Origin: Trichoplax sp. H2
Lineage: Eukaryota
Length of the DNA stretch: 64,000 nt
Reading direction: 5' to 3'
Assembly (NCBI GenBank): GCA_003344405.1
Contig: NOWV01000003.1
Coordinates: forward strand, 930,001-994,000
In this document: positions 26,320 through 40,066 of the stretch, one piece after another
Position numbering within the stretch: the stretch's first letter is position 1
Layout of the letters: every line of letters starts with the position of its first letter
Notes under the pieces: model-generated
What the model was told of the DNA's origin: nothing
Database searches by the model: none
Seen by the model: the letters and a program-made list of their open reading frames with translations, nothing else
Program-made: the position numbers and the translations under genes

Positions 26320-27846
26320 ATGTTTTACAAGTATAACTCTTTTTCTCATCGGTTACAGCCTACTGAACCTCTTCAAGCTTACAAACCTGAAGTATGTAAG
26401 ATATTGATCAATTAATTAGAATATTATACTACAGTACTGCACATAGGGGCGGAAAGCTTGGACACATTCTACTGTACGTACATGACTGTGGATTATATGT
26501 AGGCCCTTGTGCACTTCCCAAAATGGCGTGCTTGGATAGATTTACGCCAGCAGACTTGAATAAAGGCAAATTTTAATTTATATTCCAAATCAATTCAGCC
26601 TTTATTCACTTATGCAACTGTAGTCGTTTGAATAAAATAGGTTATTGTACCGTTTTGATTGTACTGTACTGTAGTTTTTAAGCGATTAGAAGAGCTTCGC
26701 TAATAGCGTTGACCGATAGTTCAACTGTTTCAGTAGCTACTGTAACTGTATTTTATGATTTACCAAGCGATCTAATCCACAAAACAGAATCTTTTTGATA
26801 GTATTACTAATGCAATTGCTTATTTAAGTATTGAAGTTATATCAATTTTCACTATAATTCTCATATACGCATATGAAAAGTTATTGTATTATTCTATTAT
26901 ACCTAATACATACATATGGCAAAATTGGGGATCGCAATATCGTCCTATACTTATGAATTCTTCTTATTTTTTAAAGGGTTTATCCAATGTCTTGCGTAAA
27001 GCACCAGAGATTCAATTTTCAGGAGCAGGCAAAGGCTATAACTTTATTACTTCCATGGTCTATAGGCCGAATATGACGCCATTATTTCAAAGAATAATGC
27101 AGGCAAGCTTTCTCCAACTTTTATAAGTAACTTCGCAATCATCTATTGTATGAACAACTTACTATGCAAAAAATGTTTGATACCCCAATTGTCCACTGTG
27201 CGATCGATTTTACGTAATTAGTGATGATAGGTTAGCTATGCTCTAAGTTTGGGCTATTAACATGCACGAATAAATGTTTTAACCTAGCAAATTTACTAAA
27301 TTTATTTATACGCGTATCATCACACCAGTCGGTAGTTTGCTGTGGAAGAGGACGAATTAAAAATTACGACTATTATAACTTTAATGAGTAAAAGTAACTG
27401 CTCCAAAGTAATATAATATCAAAATTTCATGAACAAAATATTTCATATAGTATGTGCACTTTATCTAGCTTAATGTTAAGCCTTAACTTTAAGCAGCGAT
27501 ACTGCATTCTTAAACGTTTGTTTACCGTCATTACCGATTAATATCAAATACTTCACATTCACTATACAGTATGCAGTTGTAATCGGCTAGATTACTCTAC
27601 AACGAACCCTCGAGATAGATTTCTTTACATCAGAAATAAGGTTACAAAGTTGGCAAGTTCTCTTTACTCTCTTCCTTAAATATTTCGCAGGCCAATAATA
27701 ATCAGATGGTCTATCTAATGCGTGGAACCAGAGATAAAGTGATATATCGCGGATCATTGGCCTTTGCTTTCCTCGCTTTTGGTCTTGGTCTAACAAATAT
27801 TGGATTGGTAGCAATAAACAAAAAGAAACGTGTGCAAAGATCTTAA
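26320..27846 (+). CDS. COX7A2L: Cytochrome c oxidase subunit 7A-related protein (COX7RP/SCAF1-like), 3 exons, 117 aa
   Basis: Exons 26320-26391 (MFYKYNSFSHRLQPTEPLQAYKPE), 26977-27102 (GLSNVLRKAPEIQF...PLFQRIMQ), 27691-27846 (ANNNQMVYLMRGTRDKVIYRGSLAFAFLAFGLGL...). Parallels recalled human MYYKFSGF...AYSPQGL...APPIIF...QKFFQ...VYLKRG..D..LYR plus TM helix. Intron 2 needs a GC donor. Confidence 0.82.
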
Positions 27847-29435
27847 GCCTTAATGGTGGCGTATAACGTATTTCTGTAATAAAAACGTGATAGATCTTGC
27901 CTAGTCTTTGACTATGACTCATTTCAAAAATTTTTAGTTTTTACGTACATATATATGTTTGATATGATCCCACAGTATTATCGTGCCAATATTGTAATGC
28001 CAATTTCTTGTACTTTCCGCTGCGTAATTCTATTATACTGTACAAGCAACACATCTGCCGTGAAAACATACCGCTGAAAAGCTCCTTCTCAGGTATCGCT
28101 GCCAACGTATCTGGAAAAGATTGCAGCTAAATGTTGATTTATTATGAGCTAGAAAATAATAAATTACAAATTCATACTATGATCATGAAAATGTAGAGGG
28201 TCGATATGCGTAATTCGATATATCTGATAAATTTTAATTTGTAATAACGTTAAATATGGATTATGTTGTATTTAAAAGAAACATTGCGGTACTGCATTTC
28301 AAAAGTTAGATTAAATGAATCGGTGCGGTATAGGAATTAATTTCTCAGTACAGTAGAATACAGCATAACTGCTATTCTGTAAATTTTTGGGGCAAAGTTT
28401 CTAAAGAATGTCGTATTTTGTAGCAGAATATGAAAGAGCTAGTACCGATACTGGTAATAATATACATCTAGTATTGGAACATGCTGTAGTTTAAAAGATT
28501 TATACGGTGTATTTATACTAGTGCTGAGGCAGAGTTACGAAAAATTTATTATACTTACGGTCTGTGTGCTGCATAAAATACCGTAAGTTATGCATAATTT
28601 CTGTAAAAAGTATTGTTTACACAGTTTTAAAACAATATCAAGTTTGGTACTACCATCATTAACTCAAACTTTTTATTACCTACAGTATTTTGAATTAAAA
28701 ATTTCATTAAATGATAGCTCCTTAAGGAATATAATTAACTCCTATGCCTTGGACTAAAGTAATAGCGCAATAGTTGCCGTACAACACGTAGGAAGCAACC
28801 ATCTTTACTCCTTAGCGCGGAGTATTCGATAGTTGTACATAGCATGCGAAACCATTTTGATATGTGGCCAGTTAATAAAGATATTGGCATTGCCTTTGAA
28901 ATATAGCTACGATTCAAATTCATTTATATTGCCATAGAATTTTATTAAAAATAGAATGATATAAATAACTATATATGCGTATACTGTACATTCTTAGAAA
29001 TTTTGAAAAACCTATTTGCAACACGTATTGTAAATAATTGTCAGTCGTTGCAATATATTGAGAAGCGTGTTCACTTATTAGGCAGGGTGATGTTGTTTTA
29101 ATTTGCCTATCTACAATAATTAGTTGTATATTTAAGTTAATAAATAAATACAATTTCTTATAAAGACCAGAAAGTACAGCAAAGAGAAAAGTGTTAGGCG
29201 TAATAAGATAGCTTTCTGACTATGTTGTTAAACTTAAGGCATTACCTTAATAAGCGTACATACATAACTTGATATAATCATGATCGTAAAATGTATCTTT
29301 CCCTTCACGTTAGAAAAGTTACAAAATAGAATTAAATGAGAATGTTACAGGGATCAGTACCATGGCCGTGTGCAGGTAACATTAACGCAAACAAATAAAA
29401 AACAAAATCGAAATAATCGATATCATGAATACTAG

Positions 29436-31913
29436 CTATAATGGAAAATAAGAGGTTATCAGAGATCTGCACATTGGACATGTTTGAACTTGCAGTAAAC
29501 ATCTCTGGCACAAACAGCTATGCCGACATGGCAATAAGACGCTTGTAATTGCCTGTGTTTGACAGACTACACATACATTATTTAATTCTTCATTTTCAAT
29601 GGTATTATCAGTTGAAATAAGGTCAGATTCGGTTTGCAAAGATTCATTTTCTTGATCTACAGCAAAAATTTTCTATAAACATAACAAGGACATAAGATTT
29701 TATCTTTAAAATTTCATAAATCTATTTGGAAGTATCTTTTGACGTTAAGCTTTTAAATGGCAGTATTAAGTACAGGTAATGTTAGAAGTAATTAAGGTTT
29801 CAATATCAAATCTACTATACTAAAGTAGAGTAGTTTTCCATCCAAAATCAAACTTTATAAAAGTATTTTAGCTAAACCTGAAGTTGATATATGTGGCCAT
29901 CAATTGTTAATACTGATTTTTGTAGAATTTCACAATTTTGCTTAAAGAACTCGTCAGGTAGATGGATTACCATAATGAGCGCGATCTGCAAATAGAAGAT
30001 GAGGATCAAATGTTATTAACATAGGCTGTCTTCAAAAGTGAGTAACTGACGATGCAGAATCTACAGCAACGGTATGGCAACGAAGTATGCAGTACTAGAG
30101 TTTAGTAATTCTAGTGCATAGTTATAAAGAAATTTAATGGTAGCACTATAAGCAGTAAAAATAAATTATAATGCTAAAGTTTCAAAAACTTTGGTGATTC
30201 TATAAATGATACAACTATATAGCACTAATAGTGCAAGAGATCTCTAATACAAGATGCAAGGCTATTGTCTGTATTTTCAGTCTGCACTACAGCCTTTATC
30301 CTTTAGTGTAGTTTACCGTATTGTGAAGCAGAAATTAGTAGTTATTATGAACAATTAACCGTGGAGGGATAACTTGGAGTACCAACTCATCCTTGCAGCT
30401 AGAAATCAGAGGGACTAGTAATTAGATTACTTAGATATAACCAGATTATGTCCGAAGGTTTCCGCATTCAAGAAGTAGTCAGTAATTCGTTAATGAGTAG
30501 CAAAAATTTATTCTTCTGTAATACTAAAATTGGGTGTAACTGAGATTGCATCCAGCCCTTGAATTGATAGAATTGATTCAAGTTTGTGACAGATAATTTT
30601 AAGATACTGTAAGGAATGTCTGTCTAATGCAAACTTTTGTTTAGGATAATCTTACGAATAAAATCTTATACATGACATTTTAGAGGTATTTAGGTAAGAC
30701 ATGGATGTTGACGTAGTATTCTGAATAAACTTACAACATATTTATCTTCTAAAACATCGACCCTCTCTTCTTCTATGATAATTACTAACGGATACGAACT
30801 TCTCGGTAAAGAACCCAGAGATATCCGTTGATTATGTAATAATTTACAATTTACAATGTTCGGCTTGCATTCTTCGATTCTGAAATATAGCCATAAAACA
30901 AGGTAATATAATTAAGTATTTCAATTTATACAGTAGCATACTACACTGTATTTCTCTAAACTTGTATTGTTGGTTTAGAATATTCTCTAATTACAAGCTC
31001 TCGTAGAATGGAATATAATGAAAACTTTATTATCGACAACCTAGAGCAAAGATTTAGTACTTATACGTCGTAAACTTCGTAATACAGTAATTATAATTAT
31101 TAGGTATTCAACAGCTAAACAAACGCGTGCAATGCAAGTACTGTCATCTTTAGAAAGTCGAGCTATTATAAATAATCTCAAGACATTATAAGCACATAGT
31201 TGAGTAATTGTAATTATTAATATTTGAATTGCTAACAGTTGTTAGTTGTTATAATGATAGCTAGTTAACTACCTACAGATAAGTATTTCATTAAGATCTT
31301 TGTAATTTTAATCTTAAGTGATCCATAAACAAACCGTGAAAAATGAACAGTAAAGATATAGTTATCTACGTATGTAAGTTGCACGGAACTGAGTCGATTC
31401 ACCTTATGGAATGGCTATTAACTTCAGAAATACTAGCAAAGGCATCACTCAGCAACCGTCTCTTCCATCCTGTCTTACGAATACGCTCTTGAATATCACT
31501 GATTATACGATACGTTTGATCGATTTTGACTCCCCAAAAGCTGTTGAACAAACCGACAGTTTTACTCCTTACTTCCAGTTCAATTCCATCTATCCATAGA
31601 ACATTTGATGTAAAGTAAATTAGCATTTAAAGCAATCCTTACTAACTTACCGTAGCTATATATTACTTATGTCTGTTGCATAAAAATACTTACTCTCCGT
31701 AGATGCCGCTTGTTGATTTAAAATCGAGACAGAAAATGGATTCGAAACTCGACTAACTTGGATAGGTCTAGCCAACAACTTGTAGGGATTATTATTTTGG
31801 TTGGTTACTGTAAATCCTCCCACTAGCCGAGTCAAGTAGCACGATATAACAATACAACACATAAATATTACTGCAATAGCATAATCTAAACCTTCATTTA
31901 CTTCATTATTCAT
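29436..31913 (-). CDS. CGRRF1: Cell growth regulator with RING finger domain 1 (N-terminal TM helix, C-terminal RING)
   Basis: Exons 31913-~31694 (TM AIAVIFMCCIVISCYL, VSNPF), ~31588-31403 (FWGV), ~30880-30735 (LPRSSYPLVIII), ~29986-29878 (IALIMVIHLPD...ILQKSVLT), ~29673-29436 (CVVCQ...LLPCRHSCLC..C.....CPMCR). Confidence 0.88.
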
Positions 31914-32029
31914 ATTGGTAATGCCTGAAACTCCATTAGATCTCTTCCATAACCTAGCTATCCAAGGGATGAACAGTATTTATAGCAACTTAACTACGAG
32001 GAATCAGTTTGAGCGATATGGTGCATAAT

Positions 32030-32210
32030 GCAGCTTTCAGTACTGTACCTCTTACTAGAGTACTAACAACTGATGAAATCATCACAGTACGGTACGGTAC
32101 CCTAGTGATTGTTATTGCTGCAGTAGAAGCTCGACAGTATCCTACTTTTGCATTCATTGCATGCCTGGAGCTCACCGGACACCAAATATAAGTTGTAATA
32201 TACTGTACTA
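32030..32210. promoter_or_regulatory. Compact bidirectional promoter between CGRRF1 and FANCL (ATGs ~385 bp apart) with a small GTAC/ACTGT island
   Basis: Divergent starts at 31913 and 32299; cagtactgtacc, cagtacggtacggtacc, tactgtact. Confidence 0.65.
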
Positions 32211-32298
32211 TTAATTACTAAATGATTAGAAGTTAAGACTACGAATGCAAGGCAACTAGCTCATCAAGATTAAAGTTAGTCATTTTCTATCTGGTTAA

Positions 32299-35200
32299 AT
32301 GTCATATCAAAACAGTCTTTTTGGTAATTGTCCGTTGCTTATCCCGCAAAATGATGATCTCACTTGTTACGAAGGCTTTATAACAGTGCAGGTATGCCTG
32401 CTCAGAATTCACAAAGAGCAATATTATAACTGCAATAAAACTGACTAAGGTAGACTAAAATAGTAGCAGTCATTTAAACTGCAGGATGCATATTATAATA
32501 ATAAATTACAACTACAGTAGATAATAAATTATTTTCCAGTATCATATCATAACTTCGTGTTATAATATGTTTACCATAATGGTCCGGTAAATATAATTAT
32601 AGTATTCTGATCTTAATTTTGACTGCGCACGTATCTTGTTTTTTACCCTTCGACTACTTTAGGAATTCACTGCAGTACAGCTTAAACAGTGTAGCATTTA
32701 TTTAGTATAAAATAAATGCATGCATTATTATGTAGACGCTTATTGATCCTACAGGCATGTTCATATTCTTTGGCGATATCTATTAAAATGAATAAATCAT
32801 TCGTACTGGAATTGAGCTAATTGCTTTAGCAGCTTGTTGTAAATCAATGCAGTTAGAGACACTTTTACTGTTGATTACGGTATATTATAGAATCTAATAA
32901 ATATATCATGAATATTGGAATTTTCGATATAATACTTCTCATATTTTTTCTCAAATCGTTAGGAGGATGAATTCAAAATGCGTATTGCATTACCAGAATC
33001 TGGGTTACTATCCCAAGCGAAGTTAGTTTAATATATGGCTGTATTTTGTGTGTCCATATATTAGTATTAGCATGAACTGTTGGATTTGCAGATAATGCAG
33101 ATATCACGGTCTATTTTTTTCCCCAGAAGAGAACTTAGCTTCACTCGCTGCAATACCATTTTTAAATGTACAGTACGCTATCCCACTTATTGGATATACT
33201 GGAGCTCTACACTATAAATAATAGTATAATTTTTAAACTTTTCAAATATTTTACGGTGTTATTCCTAGCGGATCATTCCATGCATTTATAAATCAAATTT
33301 TGTGCCTGTAGCGAAACTGTCTTCTAATTTCTGGCATGCACCTTGTAAATAAAACACTCTGCCCTGTTCTTACAAATGTTGCTTACTAATTTCTAAAAAT
33401 ATATTTATACGAGTATATATCCATATCATTAACTACATACAGAATTGAATGCGATTGGAAATTAAAGAACATTCTTTCCAACTATAAGCAAGTTATACAG
33501 CAAGTGAGTGGCGGCTATTTAACATTATATGAGTATAGATAATACCTTTTATACTATGCTGCATATTGTTTGAAAAGTAATGTAGTGATTTAATGAAAGA
33601 TTCATACAGCTAATGTGACTTACAATGCAAATAATAGTCTTCTTGAATTACATGATGACCTTGTTGATAAAGTTATTAATTTAGCTTGCTGTTGGATCTT
33701 AATTGCAATAACTTAAAATTTGTGCTCCCTTTAGAAATTAGAAAAAGCGGCAAATCTTATTCAATTTATGAAAGAGTTTAAAAACTTATTAGAGGTTATT
33801 ACCTAATTACTCTTACGCGTTAGCTTAACAGAAGATATAAGCTTAAATTCTTCAAATTTGATACATGAATTGAAACTGACTACGGATATCATATACTGTA
33901 ATGTATGTTGTAATAAATATTTTAGGAATCGTATAAAGTAAAACTTGGAACTACTTCTGGCATAGATGACGCATTTGGCCTTTCTTTCAAAGAGATTTTA
34001 CCTCAATTAGACGATATAGGATGGGAGAAGTTAGCACTGATTTTACGGCTATTACTCTTTATCCTTGCTGTAAAATACTTCATAGCTACAATTTAATTGA
34101 ATTTATTTAAAACCTTTGCATTAATTTGTTTAATTATAGTGTAGATAATATTGATGATTTATTTACTTCGATACGATTGGTGAAAAGGTAATCTTCTGTA
34201 GAACTATGCTAAGTAGGCTGATAATAATTGTTATATAAATGTCATATGATTTCGAAATATATTTTAACTTTACTACCTTAATTAGTCGTTTATCATGTAT
34301 AAAGTATTTCTTCTAATTTAAGCTTCACAATTTCGATTGCTTTGCTTAGAGATTTAAAATCACGACATCACTACATAAATACTCGGTTTTTACAAGAAGA
34401 GGAGATTTGTACGCCTGTTTTTACTACCGATTTACCTATCCCGTTACACTTACCAAAAGCAAAATATCAGGTAACAGCTCCTTTATATACAGTACATTCT
34501 TTCTTAGCGTTTACTGATGTCCTATACTAGTTTCGTTAAGGAAATCTTAAATAACCTAAAAGTTCGCATTGTAAAAATAGTTAAATAAAATTAATAAACT
34601 TTATTGTACTCGAATACGTTGATCATGATGAAACTACTGCATAATTATTGGAAATATTTTATTATACGATTAATCCAATTACCTTATTTTTATATGCATA
34701 ACTATCATATTATGATTCAAAACTATATCTACTTGAAATAATGAAATATTTTTAAAATATGCAGAGTCTGAAATTCTCGATAAAAGAAAGCTATCATTAT
34801 TTTTGCGAAGTAAGGATTACATTCCAAGAAAGCTGGTTTTGCAACTGAATATACTAAATATATTATTGTAATTGTTAAATAAGTATATTGTTACCCGAGC
34901 ACTCTTAGCATGTATTCAAATATGTACTAATACCATCGATTCACTTCTAGGCAATTGAACTTTGTCAAGCATTCTTTGATGTCATGGATGAAATAGATAA
35001 AAATACGTGGGTTTTAGAGCCACAAAAAGCGTCGCGTGCGAGCAAAGAACGTAGATTTTGCTTAGGTAGATATCATAATTTTGTTGAGCTATAGTCTCAT
35101 TCTACGACACCGAGAAGGGTTGTAGCTGTCCAGTCATCATGTAACACTAAGAAATATGAACTATGCTAATTAACCTTCATCAGGTAAAAATATATCTGTT

Positions 35201-36171
35201 CAAATTGATGTAAACCCGTACTATCCATCAACTATTCCTCAGTATCGATTTTTTGGAACAGATCATAGTAAGCTAGTTTCACAATTACATTAAAATAATG
35301 CAGAATATGATACACGATGATTTTCGATTCTTATTAATTATAATTTTTTTTTATTGTTTTTATTGTAATACAGATGTTTCTTTATTGAAGCAAAAATTGA
35401 ATAATAACTTACAGTTATGGTTAGATAGCATCGTTATCAATAATAGCGACTTTTTTGTATTATAAGTAACATTTGTAATATTATCTTTATTTTTAACAAG
35501 GAATGAAAGGAAATCATTATTGACTAACTTGCAAAAAATTTTAGAAATCTCAATTCCGTCTCCTACAAATAGTCAGAAAGAAGTATGTAGATTATGTAAA
35601 TGAAAATTCGTATATCTTGTATAACGCGTACAATATACAGCACTACACTATGCTTTCAAGAATAACACCATTATTCTTGAAACTTTGTTTTAAAAATATA
35701 AACAGGAGTTTATTACACCCTGTGGGATCTGCTGTGGATATCGCCTTAATGCGACACTGCCTGATAAAGTTTGCGATTATTCTTTGTGTGAAAAACAATT
35801 TCATTCGTTGTGCTTATTAGAGGTAATAACTTTCAACCAGAAATTGGAGTTGTGTCTTGTTAATTTTATGGGATAGAAATTTTAATATATCTATATTTGA
35901 TATATTTCATGCTAATTAAATACCTTTTAGTGGTTGAAAACGTTGCCTTCATCCCGTACTAGCTTCAGTGTAATTCATGGACAATGTCCATATTGTAAAA
36001 AGGTAAGTTATCAAATTATAACTCTTCTCACATTTCCAGAATGCTTATCATCAACTACAAAGTGTGTCTCATGTGGTAATATACTGTGTACTGGCTTAGC
36101 TTAAGTCATCTCTAATCTATCGAACTATTGCTTTATCCTAGCCACTTTCAATGGAATTGAATTTTAAGTGA
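32299..36171 (+). CDS. FANCL: E3 ubiquitin-protein ligase FANCL (~15 short exons)
   Basis: MSYQNSLFGNCPLLIPQN...YEGFITVQ; IECDWKLKNIL; DIGWEK; FFDVMDEIDKNTWVLEP; RING CGICCGYRL...PDKVCD..LC...FHSLCLLEWLKTL..SRTSF..IHGQCPYC; stop TGA at 36169-36171. Confidence 0.93.
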
Positions 36172-36910
36172 CCTCATCTCAATTTATTTAAATTTCGCTA
36201 CCGCTAAAATTCTTTATCAAACGAAATGTTGGTTCTCCTAATTATAATCAGCCGCTAAACCATTACAAACTGGGGTCTAATTGTGGATATGAATTCTGCG
36301 ACGTTAATGGCTTACTAGGAATTGGAATGGTGTATAAGATACAACAGCATTAAATACCATTAAATGTATGCGATGTTTTCATCTCAGCAAATGTTATTAG
36401 AGTATCATTCCGCAAGATATAATGTAGATACAATATTCTTTTTATGTACCGTATCATACGCACAATATGTAACGTAATAAATTTAATTAATTAATGTTAT
36501 AAAAATGTTGATATTTGTGACCTGTTGATACTGTATATTGGTAATGAACTGGAAATCTTATATTGACGTGTGAGTTTCTACAATCTAAGTATAGTACGAA
36601 GGTCTAGCTTAATATTAAAATCCCTGAAATAATGTACTGTAATGAATATTGATAGACATACAAACTATGCAATACCGAATGATGTGGAACCAGTTCCTCA
36701 TTTAATCAAAGATAGTATCGATATGCTGTACAAAAAATTTATTTTTCGTAATTACGTTAAATTAGTCATTTTCCGATTATAATCACTTTCACTGTGATTA
36801 CATGATACGATGATATCAGCAGGGAAAGAATCGTTGCATTAAATAGAATTATAATAAAGAATATATAATATCTCAATGTAGTATATAAAGCTGTGAATCA
36901 TGCGTAAATT

Positions 36911-38782
36911 TCAGCTAGATGATGAATCGTAATCATCTTCATCAACTATTCGATTAGTATTGACAAATAAATCGTCGTCTGATGCGCTTTCTGATGCATC
37001 TTTATCTAAATCTTCATCTAAATCTTCATGTGTCTTAGCGCTGTTCTCGCGATGCATAGATGCATTATTGGTAACGAATTCTTCAGGCCTATTACAAGCA
37101 GTTTAATTCGTACTTATTAGAACTGTTATCTTTCTATGCACGACCTACCGGTTACGATGTTGTTAATATAACTCAGAACAAGAAGGAAACTGACCACAAG
37201 TTTTCCTCTTTAAGACTTTTAATTTGATCTGCATTAAGCACCGATGAAATTTCAGCTCTAACTTTATTGCCTTCCTCAATTGGATCTACAATTACGTAAT
37301 CGCCTGTATAGCAAGAATAGGATAAACATAATTTAAAATATTTAATACTAACGTTATTTTAATTTATATGCGATATTCAATTCTGATTTACAATCCATAA
37401 TTCTATCTATGAATTGTACTGTATGATCATTGAGTGTAAAGGTTGCAATTATAGCTCTATCTACAGTTAAGTAAATCGTAAATTAACATAAAACTACGGC
37501 TTAGTTTACCTCGTTTAATCCAAATCACCCGGCGAAATTTGGATGGCATACTGCTTAAAAAGGTTTCACCAGATGCTGTAACCACCTCATGTAAATTGTT
37601 ACCTCTACTAGCTACAATCTGGTAGATAAAAAATAATATTTTTTCACTTTGTGCCTTGTATCTGGTTATGAAATATACTGCACTGCATTTACACTACATG
37701 ATACTCGTATACTGTGAACTACTGTACTAGAAGAGTACTATTATTCTTCTAGTAGTCCAGGCCAGCATATTTGGGAATTTGCTAATAATATTTTAGACGT
37801 GGAATACGGATCAGAGCTGCGTAATAATATTATTATACCCCTATTAAAGTATGAGTACATCGAGAATCAAATGATATCTATGACAATTTGACGCTTTTCT
37901 AACTTGTATCTAATTCAAATAATTAAAGTGAATAATTGGATGCAGTGATCACTAAACAATTTAATTGAATATGCTATCTTTATGCTAAGCGCGACAAATA
38001 ATACTGTACTGTACGCGTATGCGATATATTGTAGTGTACCATAGTACGAGCGCTACAAAGCATTGCAAAAGTACTTATTTTTATCTACAGGTCTACTGTA
38101 TATCTTGAACTAGTATTTCGTTCTAATGTAAATTTTCAGCGTACCTTAAAAATAAGTAACGATTAGCAACCCTTTGAGACAGAATTTGAATAATCTTATA
38201 TAGTGTATGAATTCTTCGCAAATATAGAACAGTAGTTACAGTACTTTTCTGAAGTGAATAAGAGTGCGGGATCATGATTGATTCCTAACTCGTATTTTGG
38301 CAATTCTATCAATTGAAATCATAGCACTACACCACTACAGTACTGGGATAATGATATGTTGACTAATTTAAGTTCTGCATTATACACTAATTAGTACGGG
38401 ACATATGATACAGTACACTGACTATCTTGAAACGAATTTCTACAATATTTACTATATTGATCCCTAACGTGTACATGCGTATTCACTAGTAGTAAATAAA
38501 ACTCTTGATTAATTTACATGATAATTTTTACACCAATCACGACTACCTAATTTTTTACCTTACTTATTAGTCAAGAATCTCATGTCTCATAAGTTAACTT
38601 ATAATACACGTATACATACTACATATCGAGAGATATAATTAACAAAATTCTTTCTGCTCATTGTATATATATATGTCATATATATCAATAATCACCTTAA
38701 CGATCTGTTGTGACTCCGCTAGGGAAACATCACCAGTCAGTAATTCTTGTCGCACATATTTCTTCTTAGTAGCCTTCGACAT
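36911..38782 (-). CDS. EIF1AD: eIF1A domain-containing RNA-binding protein (4 exons)
   Basis: [10 protein letters not shown]...QQIVK | [12 protein letters not shown]...[14 protein letters not shown] | [19 protein letters not shown]...LW | PEEF...DDLFVNTNR and acidic tail. Confidence 0.93.
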
Positions 38783-38984
38783 TGCTAGAGGTATCCACAA
38801 ATATGCAGTACTGTATCAGACATTGAAGAATAATAATTTTCTTTTATAGAAACTTACAGATGTATAAGTTGAATTTTGAATGGATAAAACAAGTTATTAA
38901 CGCATATTCTTCGCCATCAGAAATGGTCCACGATTTGCAGGTGCGGTATAGTAATTAATCAGAGAACTGATGAGCCATCGTAAT

Positions 38985-39585
38985 TTCCGTACAGTGTACT
39001 GTACACTACTGTACCCAGTAAGAGAGTTGTCAGTAAGAAGGCGGTTCGGTACGGTTCGGTTCAGGACTTCAACAGCACTGTCTGTACTAGTAGAGTACTG
39101 TACTGTACACTACAGTACAGTACAGTACAACACAGTACAGTACAGTACGGTACTGTAGTGTGTACTGTAGTGTACAGTACAGTACAGTACTGAATCCTTT
39201 CCGGTAATGGTAAAGTTTTGATCATATTATCTGTTTTTTTATACTGTACTGTACAGTACACTATACTGTACTGTACTGTACAATCTACAGTACAGTACTG
39301 TACTGTAGATCGAATTTCTACACCCTGCTAATGTTAGGGTTAGGGTTAGGGTTACAGTACTGTACTCTACAGTATTTTGGATTTTTTTAAATACTGTACA
39401 GTACAGTACAGTACTGTACAGTACTGTAAACGGATCGGATTTGATTGGGAGTGACTGTACTGTACAGTACTAACGACGAAGCTGTACTGTACACTGTCAA
39501 ATAAATTCAATATTTAACGACTCTGGTGATATTTGAAATTTATTTTACTGTTGGCGCGATTAAGCTACTGTACTGTACAGTGTAG
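38985..39585. repeat. Largest ACTGT/ACAGT pentamer island, in the EIF1AD-BANF1 bidirectional promoter
   Basis: Long runs such as tacagtacagtacagtac, tactgtactgtacagtacactatactgtactgtactgtac and tactgtacagtacagtacagtactgtacagtactgta. Confidence 0.92.
39334..39354 (+). repeat. Interstitial telomere-like (TTAGGG)3 tract
   Basis: ttagggttagggttagggtta. Confidence 0.85.
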
Positions 39586-39793
39586 ACGTCATCTCTAACG
39601 GACGACAAGAAGAATACAACAGGTAAGAAAAAGCATGGCTAAAGACTGGTAAAAATGAACTATAATTTAATATTCTTTTACAGCTACTGATGCTATTTGA
39701 ATTACCCGACTTAGACTTTGTATCGGTAGCAGGATGTGGAAGCTGATCTTTTGTAACATTTTCCTCTTCTAATCATTAGGCAGCATTGTCAAG

Positions 39794-40066
39794 ATGAGTT
39801 CAACCAGTGTCAAGCACCAAAATTTTATTTCCGAACCAATGGGTGACAAACCTGTTACGGAACTTGCAGGAATTGGTGATGCTCTAGGCAGTAAACTTCA
39901 TGAAATAGGCTTCGATAAAGCTTATGTCGTCCTCGGCCAATTCTTATTATTAAAGAAGGACGAAGAATTATTCATGGAGTGGCTAAAAGATACTATCGAC
40001 GCGAACAAAAAACAAGGCGGAGACTGCGTACAGTGTTTAGTGGAATGGTGTGATGCATTTCTGTAA
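39794..40066 (+). CDS. BANF1: Barrier-to-autointegration factor (single coding exon; probable 5' UTR intron 39623-39779)
   Basis: [31 protein letters not shown]...[27 protein letters not shown]...EWCDAFL is canonical BAF. Confidence 0.97.
   Translation: MSSTSVKHQNFISEPMGDKPVTELAGIGDALGSKLHEIGFDKAYVVLGQFLLLKKDEELFMEWLKDTIDANKKQGGDCVQCLVEWCDAFL

Noticed and set aside
38970..39261. ORFs rich in Y/C/T/V/Q/S (also 15479-15892, 24251-24571, 46093-46518, 57710-58460, 59108-59296, 60576-60797, 62090-62351)
   Set aside because: These are translations of the ACTGT/ACAGT pentamer repeats, which rarely contain stops; no protein family is recognisable.
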